A DNA stretch of 64,000 nucleotides, taken from Chloroflexota bacterium (lineage in GTDB: Bacteria; Chloroflexota; Anaerolineae; Anaerolineales; UBA11579). This document shows, piece by piece, positions 47,910 to 57,414 of the stretch (its first letter is position 1; every line of letters starts with the position of its first letter). Under the pieces are notes generated by a model. It was not told the origin of the DNA. It saw only the letters and a list, made by a program, of their open reading frames with translations, and searched no databases. Location of the stretch: positions 324,997 through 388,996 of the forward strand of contig JABFGG010000003.1 in assembly GCA_013112575.1 (NCBI GenBank), written 5' to 3'. The position numbers and the translations under genes were made by a program.

Positions 47910-49412
47910 TTATTGACCTGCCGTAGTGGGTGGGTTGAAGTAGTTGTAAACTGCGCGTGAGACGTCCCTCATCATCACCGAGACCGGTTCCCAAACCAGT
48001 TGCACGGGATGGTAAGTGAAGATAACCACGGCATAATCACCGTTAGGCGAATATATGATGCCTGCATCCCCGATCGTGTTGATCACACCATTGACGTTGG
48101 TCACCCAGCCGTGTTTATGAGCGATACGCGTGCCGCTGGGTGCGCTGGCCTCTAAGAGCACAGCCGTGCGTGGCGTACTCAACAACTCGATCATTTGCTG
48201 GCATTCCGCTTGTGTCAGCTCTCCTGGGAAAACGGCTGCGAAAGTGCCCCCGCCGGTTTCAGCGCATTGGTAGACGTCTGCCAGCAACATACCCATGTCG
48301 GTCAATGTGGTCTGATTATAGACGTCAGGGTCTGTGGAGACATCTGTGCGTAAATTGGCTGGTGTTTCATAACGTGCCAATAACGGCGAGCCTAATCCGA
48401 AAAAGCCTGCGAGGAAAGTGTTTTCCAATCCCAGCGCCTGTAAATCTTCGGTAACCACTAAGGGGCCAATGTTTGGATCAATGACTTGCTGCATCAGCCA
48501 GTCCGATGGCTCATTGCCGGATTGCTCGATCATGGTTGAAAGCAGTCGCACCACTTCTTCGTTGGGGTTGTCACCAACACGTTTGTATACCGAGACCATG
48601 ATGGGCAGCTTGATCATACTGGCTGCAGTAAAGGCCAGATCCGGCTGGGTACTGATATCTTGGCCATTTTGATAGATGAAATGAAGTTCCTCAGCCGTTT
48701 GCAGGTCGAGGAAATAGACACCGGTAATGCCATCAAACCCTGTCAGGTCGATGGTTTGTTTTAAGAGGATTTCAAGGTTGTTAAAGGAAGGCCGTGCGGA
48801 TGCTACGCTGCTGCTAAGCGGTAACGATACTGACCGGTTAACAGGAGACTGCATGGCTTGTTCGATTTGAAGTACTGCACTATCAAGGTCGATGGCTGTG
48901 CCAGGGATACCCGCTGTAAAATTGACCGTGCCTGGGATCGGCTGGGCGGGTTGTGGCTGTTTGTTGTAACGTAAGCCGATCTCATTTTCTAAATAGCTTC
49001 GCAACAGGTTCTCAGAAAAACTGGCTGTCAGCGGCACGTCTTGTGCTGAACTCTGCCCACCCCACAAGTCGTTCCAGAAACCAGTCCAGAAAGAACCGCC
49101 CTCACGTTCCAGGTCCGCGGCAGCCAACATACTTTCGATGTCTGCTTCAAAGCCTACCACAGCCGGATTCAGCAAGATCACCTGGTCTTCGTAAACTAAT
49201 TCTATTGGTAGTGAATACACTTCCAGTAAACGCTCTGCAGCTCCCTGGCGATCCATTTCACCTACAGGGATACCGGCAATGCGCATACCTGCTGGGTAGT
49301 TGGCCCGCTGCCGACTATATGCCGCCAACTGAATGGTGAGCAGCACAATAGCCACAAGAATCAGCAATACCGATATCCAACGTAAGAGTGAGTAAGAGCG
49401 GCGAATCCGCAC
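47910..49412 (-). CDS. Membrane-anchored serine hydrolase, class A beta-lactamase/PBP-like
   Basis: N-terminal TM, AASMIK (SxxK), SGN, AHKHG. Confidence 0.8.
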   Translation of the reverse strand: MRIRRSYSLLRWISVLLILVAIVLLTIQLAAYSRQRANYPAGMRIAGIPVGEMDRQGAAERLLEVYSLPIELVYEDQVILLNPAVVGFEADIESMLAAADLEREGGSFWTGFWNDLWGGQSSAQDVPLTASFSENLLRSYLENEIGLRYNKQPQPAQPIPGTVNFTAGIPGTAIDLDSAVLQIEQAMQSPVNRSVSLPLSSSVASARPSFNNLEILLKQTIDLTGFDGITGVYFLDLQTAEELHFIYQNGQDISTQPDLAFTAASMIKLPIMVSVYKRVGDNPNEEVVRLLSTMIEQSGNEPSDWLMQQVIDPNIGPLVVTEDLQALGLENTFLAGFFGLGSPLLARYETPANLRTDVSTDPDVYNQTTLTDMGMLLADVYQCAETGGGTFAAVFPGELTQAECQQMIELLSTPRTAVLLEASAPSGTRIAHKHGWVTNVNGVINTIGDAGIIYSPNGDYAVVIFTYHPVQLVWEPVSVMMRDVSRAVYNYFNPPTTAGQ

Positions 49413-49511
49413 GAGCAGCCTCCAAAATAGCGGCGTATATCTTACCTGATTTTATGCTAGAATCTTTTTTGGGCAACACAACTCATATATTTCTAAACAT
49501 CTCTGATCTCT

Positions 49512-50471
49512 ATGCTGCGATCTATCCTTATATATTTGTCGAAAGCCGAGTGGGCCAGGAAACTGGTAATGGGCTTTGGTTTTGCGCGCCGTACCGCCTT
49601 GCGTTTTGTGGCTGGGGAAAGCCTGGACGAAGCGATTGAAGTCGTGCGCGTATTAAATAATAATGGCATGCTTGCCACTCTCGACCACCTGGGTGAAGAT
49701 ACCGCCTCGCCGGAACAGTCTCGCCAGGCCACGGACGATATCGTCGCCATCCTGGATGCCATTCATGAGGCGGGTGTGCAATCCAATGTTTCCATCAAGC
49801 TTACGCAGGTTGGCTTAAAATTAGACCCGGAACTGTGTGCAGAGAATTTAGAGCGCATTGTAAAACGGGGTCAGGAGTTGGACATCTTTGTGCGCATCGA
49901 TATGGAGGATTCCCCCGTGATCGATGTGACGCTGGAGCTTTATCACCGTATGCGCTCCAAAGGTTATGACAACGTCGGTAAAGTTTTGCAATCTTACCTA
50001 TATCGCACAAAAGAAGATACCCAATCCTTGTTAGCTGAAGGCACTCGCATCCGTCTTGTGAAAGGCGCTTATGATGAACCCCCCGAGGTCGCTTTCCCAA
50101 AAAAATCCGACGCAGATGCTTGCTTTGATGAGATAACTACCATTTTATTAGAAGCAGCAAATGCCCAGGATGCACCTGAGGTCAGTTCGGATGGTCACTG
50201 GCCGCCTATCCCTGCTATCGCCACGCACGATGAAAAACGTATTGAGCATACCAAGCAGGTAGCACAGCAGTTGAATTTGCCTCGCAATAAGTATGAATTC
50301 CAGATGCTGCATGGCATTCGTCGTGAGTTGCAGGAACAACTCGTAAAAGACGACTATACCATGCGCATCTACGTCCCCTTTGGCACAGAGTGGTATCCCT
50401 ACTTCATGCGCCGTCTGGCCGAACGCCCGGCTAATGTATGGTTCTTCCTGTCCAATCTCTTGCGCCGTTGA
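49512..50471 (+). CDS. Monofunctional proline dehydrogenase
   Basis: RFVAGE, SIKLTQ, RIDMED, RLVKGAY, YFMRRLAERPAN. Confidence 0.95.
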   Translation: MLRSILIYLSKAEWARKLVMGFGFARRTALRFVAGESLDEAIEVVRVLNNNGMLATLDHLGEDTASPEQSRQATDDIVAILDAIHEAGVQSNVSIKLTQVGLKLDPELCAENLERIVKRGQELDIFVRIDMEDSPVIDVTLELYHRMRSKGYDNVGKVLQSYLYRTKEDTQSLLAEGTRIRLVKGAYDEPPEVAFPKKSDADACFDEITTILLEAANAQDAPEVSSDGHWPPIPAIATHDEKRIEHTKQVAQQLNLPRNKYEFQMLHGIRRELQEQLVKDDYTMRIYVPFGTEWYPYFMRRLAERPANVWFFLSNLLRR

Positions 50472-50519
50472 GGTCAGAATTGTTCCGCAAGGGGAAAGCA
50501 ATATCTTCGATGAGCTTTT

Positions 50520-51173
50520 ATGAGAACCAGCATTCAACTAGAAAACACACATCGGTACGCACTCCCTGTTGAGTTTCAAGACGATGATGTCCGTTATTCT
50601 GAAGGCCTTGTAGAGTATTTCCTGGATGAGTTCACACAAGAAAACGAAATTGTCTTTGATCCTTTTGCTGGATTTGGAACTACATTGTTAGTTGCGGAGG
50701 ATATGGGAAGAGTGCCAATTGGCATTGAGTTTGATGAAGGGCGTGTGCAATATATTCAATCGAAGTTGAAACAGCGAGATAGAATTATCCATGGAGATGC
50801 GCGCCAGTTAGAAACTTACAATTTGCCGACCTTCAACTTCTCAATTACTTCCCCGCCGTATATGGGTAAGAATGACATTGGAAATCCTCTCTCAGGCAAT
50901 ACAGCAAAGCTGGAAGGGTACCCAGAATACTTGCGTGATATTCGAAATGTTTATAAGCAACTAGGCCAACTAATGGCACCTGATGCCACTGTAGTGATTG
51001 AAGTAGCAAATATAAAACAAGGAAATAGCATCACTACTCTTGCCTGGGATATCGCCATGCAAGTTTCTCAGATACTTCATTTTGAAGGGGAAGTAGTGGT
51101 AAATTGGGATGAATACGGCTATGGTTATGATCACAGCTACTGTTTGGTATTCACAAAGCCCCATAAAAGCTAA
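50520..51173 (+). CDS. Orphan N4-C/N6-A DNA methyltransferase-like protein
   Basis: DPFAGFGTT SAM motif and TSPPY catalytic motif; no adjacent endonuclease. Confidence 0.8.
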   Translation: MRTSIQLENTHRYALPVEFQDDDVRYSEGLVEYFLDEFTQENEIVFDPFAGFGTTLLVAEDMGRVPIGIEFDEGRVQYIQSKLKQRDRIIHGDARQLETYNLPTFNFSITSPPYMGKNDIGNPLSGNTAKLEGYPEYLRDIRNVYKQLGQLMAPDATVVIEVANIKQGNSITTLAWDIAMQVSQILHFEGEVVVNWDEYGYGYDHSYCLVFTKPHKS

Positions 51174-51187
51174 CTTAGGAAAAAGAT

Positions 51188-51667
51188 ATGTCCAAGGATT
51201 TGCAAAACATCGCTGACAAACTGGAAAAAGAAGGCCACAAAACACTGGATTTCTTTGCCGGGATTGAGGAAGCTCAATGGCCGGCTGTAGTGTACAGCGA
51301 CGACCAGGATTGGACCGTACACCATTTGCTGGCTCACTTTGTTGAAGTTGAAGAGTCCATCCCCCGGCTCATTCGTTCCATATTGGATGGTGGTTCAGGG
51401 GTCTCTGAAGATTTCGACATCGATCGACATAACCAGAAGCATACTCCGCAGATGGCGGAAAACTCCAGGCAGTTTTTGCTAGAGGAGTTCAAGCGCCTGC
51501 GTAGAGAAACGGTTGAATTAGTTAATGGTATGCAAGAAAGCGACCTTGAGCTTGAAGGACGGCACCCTTTTCTTGAGGTGACCGCCATCAAAGAGATGCT
51601 CAAGTTGATGTATATTCACCTCAACATGCACATGCGCGATATCAAGCGTGTCCTGCGAGGTAGTTGA
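51188..51667 (+). CDS. DinB-family protein
   Basis: WTVHHLLAH, GRHPF, H..MH. Confidence 0.8.
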   Translation: MSKDLQNIADKLEKEGHKTLDFFAGIEEAQWPAVVYSDDQDWTVHHLLAHFVEVEESIPRLIRSILDGGSGVSEDFDIDRHNQKHTPQMAENSRQFLLEEFKRLRRETVELVNGMQESDLELEGRHPFLEVTAIKEMLKLMYIHLNMHMRDIKRVLRGS

Positions 51668-51745
51668 GTATATGTAGAGATTGGGGGCATACCGCATATG
51701 AGTTCTATTTGAGAGTCAATACATAGATTTCCCCGTACTTTATAA

Positions 51746-52192
51746 TTGAACGTAGTTATGGCAGATTTCCAGATTCACGACCTTCACATACATACCCTGA
51801 AAGCCCAAGAGTCAGGCAAAATCATCTTGCGCGATGATGACCATTTGTTACGCCGTTTTGGCCAGGCTGAACTGCAGACAATGGCTGCTGGGACTCAAAC
51901 CGATTTCACCCAGCGCATAGCAGCCGATGAGCTTTGGGCTGTGTTGGATGGCGTGGTTTCCTTCGACTTGATTGACCAACGCCCTAACTCGCCCACGTAC
52001 AATGCCGTTGATTCTTTCTCGATTGCAGCAAAGGATAACCAGGCTTTGTTGATCCCATTTGGCGTGGCTTATGCTTTGGAATCAGATCAAGACAGCCAAT
52101 TGCTTAGATTGGCAACTCATGCCGATGACACTCATACCGAAGATCAAGTCCTGCCAAGAAACACTTTTGTAGAGCGTTTATCACAAGCATGA
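51746..52192 (+). CDS. Cupin, RmlC-like
   Basis: FGQ, LIDQRPNSPTY, LLIPFGVAY resemble the dTDP-sugar epimerase fold. Confidence 0.6.
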   Translation: MNVVMADFQIHDLHIHTLKAQESGKIILRDDDHLLRRFGQAELQTMAAGTQTDFTQRIAADELWAVLDGVVSFDLIDQRPNSPTYNAVDSFSIAAKDNQALLIPFGVAYALESDQDSQLLRLATHADDTHTEDQVLPRNTFVERLSQA

Positions 52193-53109
52193 ATAGCAAT
52201 CCCGTTTCGCTCTTCTTCAGGCTTTCACGTCCCGTGTTTTTGTTGGGGGGCGCTCTACAGTATTTCCTCGGTCTGGGTATCGTGTACTTCTTGGGAATCT
52301 CAATAGATGAGAATATCGCCATAATTGGCCTTTTTTTGGTCTTGGCCATTCAGCTTTCCACCCAATACCTCAATGAGTATTACGATGCCCCCCTTGACCA
52401 GTACAATGAAAACCGTACCTTGTTCACCGGTGGCAGTGGGGTTTTGGGCGATGATGATGAAAACAAACTGCCCCGCAGCGTGGCGCAATATGCAGCGGTC
52501 ATCACCTTAACAGCTGCAGCAATTTTGGCTTTTTATTTACTGCGCAGTAATGCCCTCAGCCCGGCTGCCGGAGTTATTCTGGTACTGGCTTTTCTGGGTT
52601 CCTTCTTTTATTCTGTTCCGCCTGTGCGCCTCTCCTTTACTGGTTATGGTGAGTTGACTACCTCGATCATCGTTGCTAACCTTGTCCCTATATTTGCTTT
52701 CTTGCTGCAAACAGGCGAAACGCACCGCTTGTTAGCAATGGCAACTTTCCCTCTTACTTTCCTACATATGGCCATGCTGGTGGCATTTGCCCTGCCGGAT
52801 TATGGTGTGGATGTGAAGTACCGTAAAACCAACCTGGCTGTGCGCATGGGGTGGGAAAATGCCATGACCTTCCATAATATCTTCATCCTGGCGGGCTTTG
52901 CGGTGCTTGGTCTAGCGACCTCATTTGGTTTGCCTTCCGGGATTGCCCTGCCCGCTTTCCTGCCGTTGATCTTAGGCTTATTGCAGATCTGGTATATGCG
53001 CCGTATCGCCGCTGGCCTCAAACCCAATTGGCGCGCCCTCACACTCAGCGCCGTGATTCTCTTTGCTTCCACATCTTATCTGCTGGCTTTTGCCTTCTGG
53101 ACTCGCTGA
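52189..53109 (+). CDS. UbiA-family prenyltransferase (MenA-like)
   Basis: NEYYD, FTGGSG, YSVPP, GYGE, D..VD..K.NLAVR.G. Confidence 0.8.
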   Translation: MNSNPVSLFFRLSRPVFLLGGALQYFLGLGIVYFLGISIDENIAIIGLFLVLAIQLSTQYLNEYYDAPLDQYNENRTLFTGGSGVLGDDDENKLPRSVAQYAAVITLTAAAILAFYLLRSNALSPAAGVILVLAFLGSFFYSVPPVRLSFTGYGELTTSIIVANLVPIFAFLLQTGETHRLLAMATFPLTFLHMAMLVAFALPDYGVDVKYRKTNLAVRMGWENAMTFHNIFILAGFAVLGLATSFGLPSGIALPAFLPLILGLLQIWYMRRIAAGLKPNWRALTLSAVILFASTSYLLAFAFWTR

Positions 53110-53112
53110 AGT

Positions 53113-54345
53113 ATGCCTGAGTTCCTGACTTTGCTGCCACCCTTAGAGGCGCGGCAAAACCTGCTAGATAACTTTACTCCCAATCTTGAATCGGAAACGA
53201 TTGATACCCAATCTGCCCTGGGACGCGTCACGGCTGGTCCTGTAACTGCGCCCTTTTCACTGCCTTCCTTTGCGCGCAGCACTGTTGATGGCTTTGCGGT
53301 GCGTGCCGCCGACACACATGGAGCCGGTGAAAGTTTGCCCGCTTACTTGAACAATGTAGGCGAAGTTCCTATGGGCGGAGTGCCGGATTTTGGGATTGAA
53401 GCCACCCAGTGCGCCGTGATTCATACCGGCGGCATGTTGCCAGAAGGGGCAGACGGAGTGGTGATGATCGAGTATACCCAAGCCGCAAAAGCTGGTGAGA
53501 TTGAAATCATGCGCGCCGTGGGGGTGGGCGAGAATATATTGCAGGTGGGCGAGGATGTCAAAGAACGAGATGTGGTTATCCCCGCGGGCAGTCATTTGCG
53601 CCCCGCGGAGATCGGGGGCTTGATGGCCCTGGGAATCAAAGAGATTGCAACGGTACGCCCGCCGCGTGTCGCTATCCTGTCCAGCGGTGACGAAGTCATT
53701 TCACCTGATGAAGAACTGAACCCCGGACAGGTCTATGATGTTAATAGTTACACGCTCAGCGCGCTTGTGCAGCAGCACGGTGGTATCCCGGTGCAGTATG
53801 GCATTGTGCCGGATGATGCCGAGAGCCTGAAAGCCGAGGCACAAAGCGCTAAAGGCACTTGTGACCTGGTGGTGATTACGGCGGGTTCTTCGGCCAGTAC
53901 TCGTGACCTCACCGCTGGCGTGATCGATTCGCTGGGCAAACCGGGGGTTTTGGTGCATGGCGTCAACGTGCGCCCTGGCAAACCCACCATTCTCGGCGTT
54001 TGTGATGGTGTGCCCATGATTGGCTTGCCCGGCAACCCGGTCAGTGCTCTGGTGATCGCCAGACTGTTTGTTGCACAAGTGATAGAAGCCATGCTAGGAC
54101 TCGAGACCCCACCGATTACATCAAGCATATCTGCAACTCTGAGCATTAATCTTTCTTCGCAAGCCGGCCGTGAGGATTGGGTTCCGGTGCAATTGCAAGC
54201 AGGTGAAAATGGTTATGTTGCCGAACCTGTCTTTGGTAAAAGCAACCTGATCTTCACCCTTTCGCGTGCAGATGGCCTTGTCCGCATTCCCCCGGCTGCG
54301 AACGGCCTGGCTGCGGGTGATGTGGTTGAAGTGCAATTGATGTGA
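53113..54345 (+). CDS. moeA: Molybdopterin molybdotransferase
   Basis: STVDGFAV, HTGGMLPEGAD, SSGDE, RPGKPT, GLPGNPVSA. Confidence 0.95.
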   Translation: MPEFLTLLPPLEARQNLLDNFTPNLESETIDTQSALGRVTAGPVTAPFSLPSFARSTVDGFAVRAADTHGAGESLPAYLNNVGEVPMGGVPDFGIEATQCAVIHTGGMLPEGADGVVMIEYTQAAKAGEIEIMRAVGVGENILQVGEDVKERDVVIPAGSHLRPAEIGGLMALGIKEIATVRPPRVAILSSGDEVISPDEELNPGQVYDVNSYTLSALVQQHGGIPVQYGIVPDDAESLKAEAQSAKGTCDLVVITAGSSASTRDLTAGVIDSLGKPGVLVHGVNVRPGKPTILGVCDGVPMIGLPGNPVSALVIARLFVAQVIEAMLGLETPPITSSISATLSINLSSQAGREDWVPVQLQAGENGYVAEPVFGKSNLIFTLSRADGLVRIPPAANGLAAGDVVEVQLM

Positions 54346-56306
54346 TGTCCGTTTATCTCCACGATATCCCCCTTCCAGAGGCCCAGCAGAGGTTTAGGGA
54401 GGCTTTACAAAGTGCCGGGCTTGATGGCGTTCTTGGCCAAGAGACAATTTCTCTGGGCAAGTCAGCTTTAGGCCGTACGCTAGCCGGACCCATCTGGGCC
54501 AAACTGTCTTCTCCTCATTACCACGCCGCTGCCATGGATGGCTTTGCCGTGACTGCTAGTGATACGAATGGTGCTTCCCAAAGTGCACCGCTAAGCCTGG
54601 AGTATGTTGCACAGGCAGTTTACGTAGATACGGGGGACGTTCTCCCACTGGATAAAAACGCTGTTATCCCCATTGAAGTTACCGAAGCTCTGGATGCTCA
54701 AGAGCAATTGCACTCCGACCCGCGCCAGCCGCATGCTATTCGCATCCGCGAGGCTGTCACACCCTGGCAGCACGTGCGCCCCATGGGTGAAGATATGGTT
54801 GCCACCGAGTTGGTATTGCCGGAGGGGCACACCTTGCGACCTGTTGACCTGGGCGCCATCGCCGCCGCGGGGCACAGCCATGTAACCGTTGCCAGGAAAC
54901 CGAAAGTAGCGGTCTTACCCACCGGCTCCGAACTGGTATCGATTGGCGAAACTGTAAAACCAGGCGACATTATCGAGTTCAATTCCCTAATTCTCGCTAC
55001 ACAAGTAGAGGAGTGGGGTGGGGAGGCCAGGCAGTTTCCGATAACGCCTGACGATGAAGCTGAGATCAAGGCGCAGGTGCTTGCTGCTGCTCAGGAACAT
55101 GATCTGATCTTACTCAACGCCGGTTCCTCTGCAGGTGCCGAAGATTTTTCAGCACGCATCGTGGAGCAGTTAGGGGAGTTGCTGGTGCACGGCGTGGCCG
55201 TACGCCCCGGCCATCCGGTGATATTGGGCATGCTACAGATTGAAGAACGCCAGGTCCCCATCATTGGTGTGCCGGGCTATCCGGTATCTGCGGCGCTTAC
55301 AGGTGAGATATTTGTGGAACCCTTATTGGCGCGCTGGTTAGGCCGCCAGCCCCGCGAGAAGGTGACCGTCGAAGCCCAACTCACGCGCAAGCTCAACTCC
55401 CCGGGTGGCGACGATGACTATGTGCGTGTAGCCGTAGGTTATGTTGGCGAGCGTTTGTTGGCTGCACCACTATCGCGCGGGGCCGGTGTGATCTCCTCCC
55501 TCGTGCGCGCTGATGGCTTGGCGCTTATGCCACGCGGTTCTCAAGGAGCTTCGGCAGGGGAAAAGGTCAATGTCCAGCTTTATCGTGAGCCTCAGGAACT
55601 GGAACGTACCATCTTTGCGATCGGCTCCCACGATATTGTGCTGGACCTATTGGCACAATTCCTGGCGCCTCAAGCACGTCGTCTGGTGTCGGCCAATGTA
55701 GGTAGTATTGGCGGATTGGTAGCGCTGCGCCGAGGTGTAGCTCACCTGGCTGGTTCACATCTCCTGGACCCTGAGAGTGGTGAATACAATCTCAAATACA
55801 TTCAAGAATATCTGCCCGAAGAGGCTATTAATGTTTTGGGCCTGGTCAACCGCCAACAGGGTTTATTGTTGCGGTCTGGGAACCCCAAGAACATCATGGG
55901 CCTGGAAGATTTAAAGCGCCCGGATGTGCGTTACATCAACCGGCAGCGTGGGGCTGGCACACGTATGTTGCTGGATCACCACCTGAACTTAATGGGGATT
56001 GCTCCTGATGAGCTTCACGGCTACAATCGGGAAGAATACACTCACCTGAGTGTGGCCGCGGCCATCGCTTCTGGCCGTGCAGACTGCGGCCTGGGCATTG
56101 CGGCCGCCGCGCAGGCATTGCAACTGGATTTCATACCTCTCTTCGAAGAGCGTTATGACCTGATCCTACCCAGGCAGTTCCATGATGACCCGCTCCTGGC
56201 CCCTCTGCTGGATTGTTTGCACAGCGCCAGGCTGCGCAAGGCCATTGAAGACATGCCGGGCTACAATACCGCTCCCCTGGGAGAATTGATCGCTGAGGTT
56301 AATTAG
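54345..56306 (+). CDS. MoeA fused to a periplasmic-binding/LysR-substrate domain
   Basis: AAMDGFAV, PGYPVSA, then GSHD, AGSHLLD, INRQRGAGTR. Confidence 0.92.
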   Translation: MSVYLHDIPLPEAQQRFREALQSAGLDGVLGQETISLGKSALGRTLAGPIWAKLSSPHYHAAAMDGFAVTASDTNGASQSAPLSLEYVAQAVYVDTGDVLPLDKNAVIPIEVTEALDAQEQLHSDPRQPHAIRIREAVTPWQHVRPMGEDMVATELVLPEGHTLRPVDLGAIAAAGHSHVTVARKPKVAVLPTGSELVSIGETVKPGDIIEFNSLILATQVEEWGGEARQFPITPDDEAEIKAQVLAAAQEHDLILLNAGSSAGAEDFSARIVEQLGELLVHGVAVRPGHPVILGMLQIEERQVPIIGVPGYPVSAALTGEIFVEPLLARWLGRQPREKVTVEAQLTRKLNSPGGDDDYVRVAVGYVGERLLAAPLSRGAGVISSLVRADGLALMPRGSQGASAGEKVNVQLYREPQELERTIFAIGSHDIVLDLLAQFLAPQARRLVSANVGSIGGLVALRRGVAHLAGSHLLDPESGEYNLKYIQEYLPEEAINVLGLVNRQQGLLLRSGNPKNIMGLEDLKRPDVRYINRQRGAGTRMLLDHHLNLMGIAPDELHGYNREEYTHLSVAAAIASGRADCGLGIAAAAQALQLDFIPLFEERYDLILPRQFHDDPLLAPLLDCLHSARLRKAIEDMPGYNTAPLGELIAEVN

Positions 56307-56308
56307 TT

Positions 56309-56674
56309 ATGACCACCGCTCTTGTAATTGATGACAACCGCCAGATGGCGGATAGCCTTTGCCAGATGCTACAGCTACTGGACGTGGAGGCTGTGCCAGC
56401 TTATGGCTCTCGTGCTGCCTTAATGGCATTAAAAACCGCCCGCCCTAATATCGTTTTCCTGGACATCAACATGCCCGGCGTTAGTGGGCACGAAGTCTTG
56501 GGTTATCTCAAGCGTGAACCGGAGTTGTCCGAAGTACCTGTCGTGATCGTGACATCTGATGATCAGCCAGAGACGGCCCAACGTGTCAAAGATGAGGGTG
56601 CCGCGGCCATGATCATCAAGCCTGCATCGGTAGATACCGTCGAGGCAGCCTTAAAAAAAGCACTGAACAATTAG
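56309..56674 (+). CDS. Single-domain response regulator
   Basis: VIDDN, FLDINMPG, VTS, IIKP. Confidence 0.92.
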   Translation: MTTALVIDDNRQMADSLCQMLQLLDVEAVPAYGSRAALMALKTARPNIVFLDINMPGVSGHEVLGYLKREPELSEVPVVIVTSDDQPETAQRVKDEGAAAMIIKPASVDTVEAALKKALNN

Positions 56675-56684
56675 GAGAAGCTTC

Positions 56685-57149
56685 ATGATCTTGCAGGTTG
56701 GCGCGGACGCGCCTGACTTTGAATTGCTGGATGAAAATGAAACGCCGCGCAAATTAGCCGATTATCGCGGCAAACCGGTCGTTCTTTACTTCTACCCCAA
56801 AGACGATACGCCCGGCTGCACAAAAGAGGCATGCAACTTCCGTGATGATTATTCAGCCTACCAACAAGTGGGCGTTGAGATCCTTGGTGTCAGCCCGGAC
56901 ACGCCTAAATCGCATACCAAGTTTAAGCAGAAATTCGACCTGCCTTTTCCTTTATTAGCAGATACTGAAAAGGAAGTGCTCAACGCCTATGGCGCGTGGG
57001 GCAAGAAGAAATCGTTTGGTCGTGAGTACGACGGTGTATTGCGCACAACCTATGTCATTGATGGGGAAGGGAAGATCGCCAAAGTCTTTGAGAAAGTCCG
57101 TCCGGCTCAACATAGTGAAGCAGTTCTGGATGTCATCAAGGACTTGTGA
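56685..57149 (+). CDS. bcp: Peroxiredoxin BCP/PrxQ
   Basis: YFYPKDDTPGCTKEAC. Confidence 0.93.
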   Translation: MILQVGADAPDFELLDENETPRKLADYRGKPVVLYFYPKDDTPGCTKEACNFRDDYSAYQQVGVEILGVSPDTPKSHTKFKQKFDLPFPLLADTEKEVLNAYGAWGKKKSFGREYDGVLRTTYVIDGEGKIAKVFEKVRPAQHSEAVLDVIKDL

Positions 57150-57178
57150 TTCTTTCCTTTGCCCGAGCTAAGTATGTA

Positions 57179-57208
57179 GGGACGCACTCAATTGCGTCCC
57201 TTTTTTAT
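57179..57208 (+). terminator. Intrinsic terminator
   Basis: gggacgca..tgcgtccc followed by T7. Confidence 0.8.
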
Positions 57209-57261
57209 GAAAAATAGACCCAAATATGCGATTTTTTACCTTTATTGTTGCCCAAAACGAA

Positions 57262-57279
57262 TTGTGATATACTCCACAA
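57262..57279. promoter_or_regulatory. Rex-like operator upstream of the oxidase operon
   Basis: TTGTGATATACTCCACAA versus consensus TTGTGAANNNNTTCACAA. Confidence 0.6.
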
Positions 57280-57414
57280 GTTCCCGTTGTATACAGGCCA
57301 ATTTATAATTTTTCCGGGAATTTCAGAGCGATAAATTTTTACGTATTTATTTTGCGTGACAAATTAATTCTCGTTCATGCGGAGTTGATGTAGCACCCTG
57401 GAGGAGTAGTCTAA

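Noticed and set aside
47910-49412. Possible antibiotic-resistance beta-lactamase
   Set aside because: Membrane-anchored with a long N-terminal region and in a housekeeping context; more likely a cell-envelope serine hydrolase.
54340-54347. TGA ending moeA as a possible Sec fusion (also the TGA at 33433-33435)
   Set aside because: The next genes are in a different frame (TGATG/ATGA translational coupling); no SECIS-like hairpin noticed.
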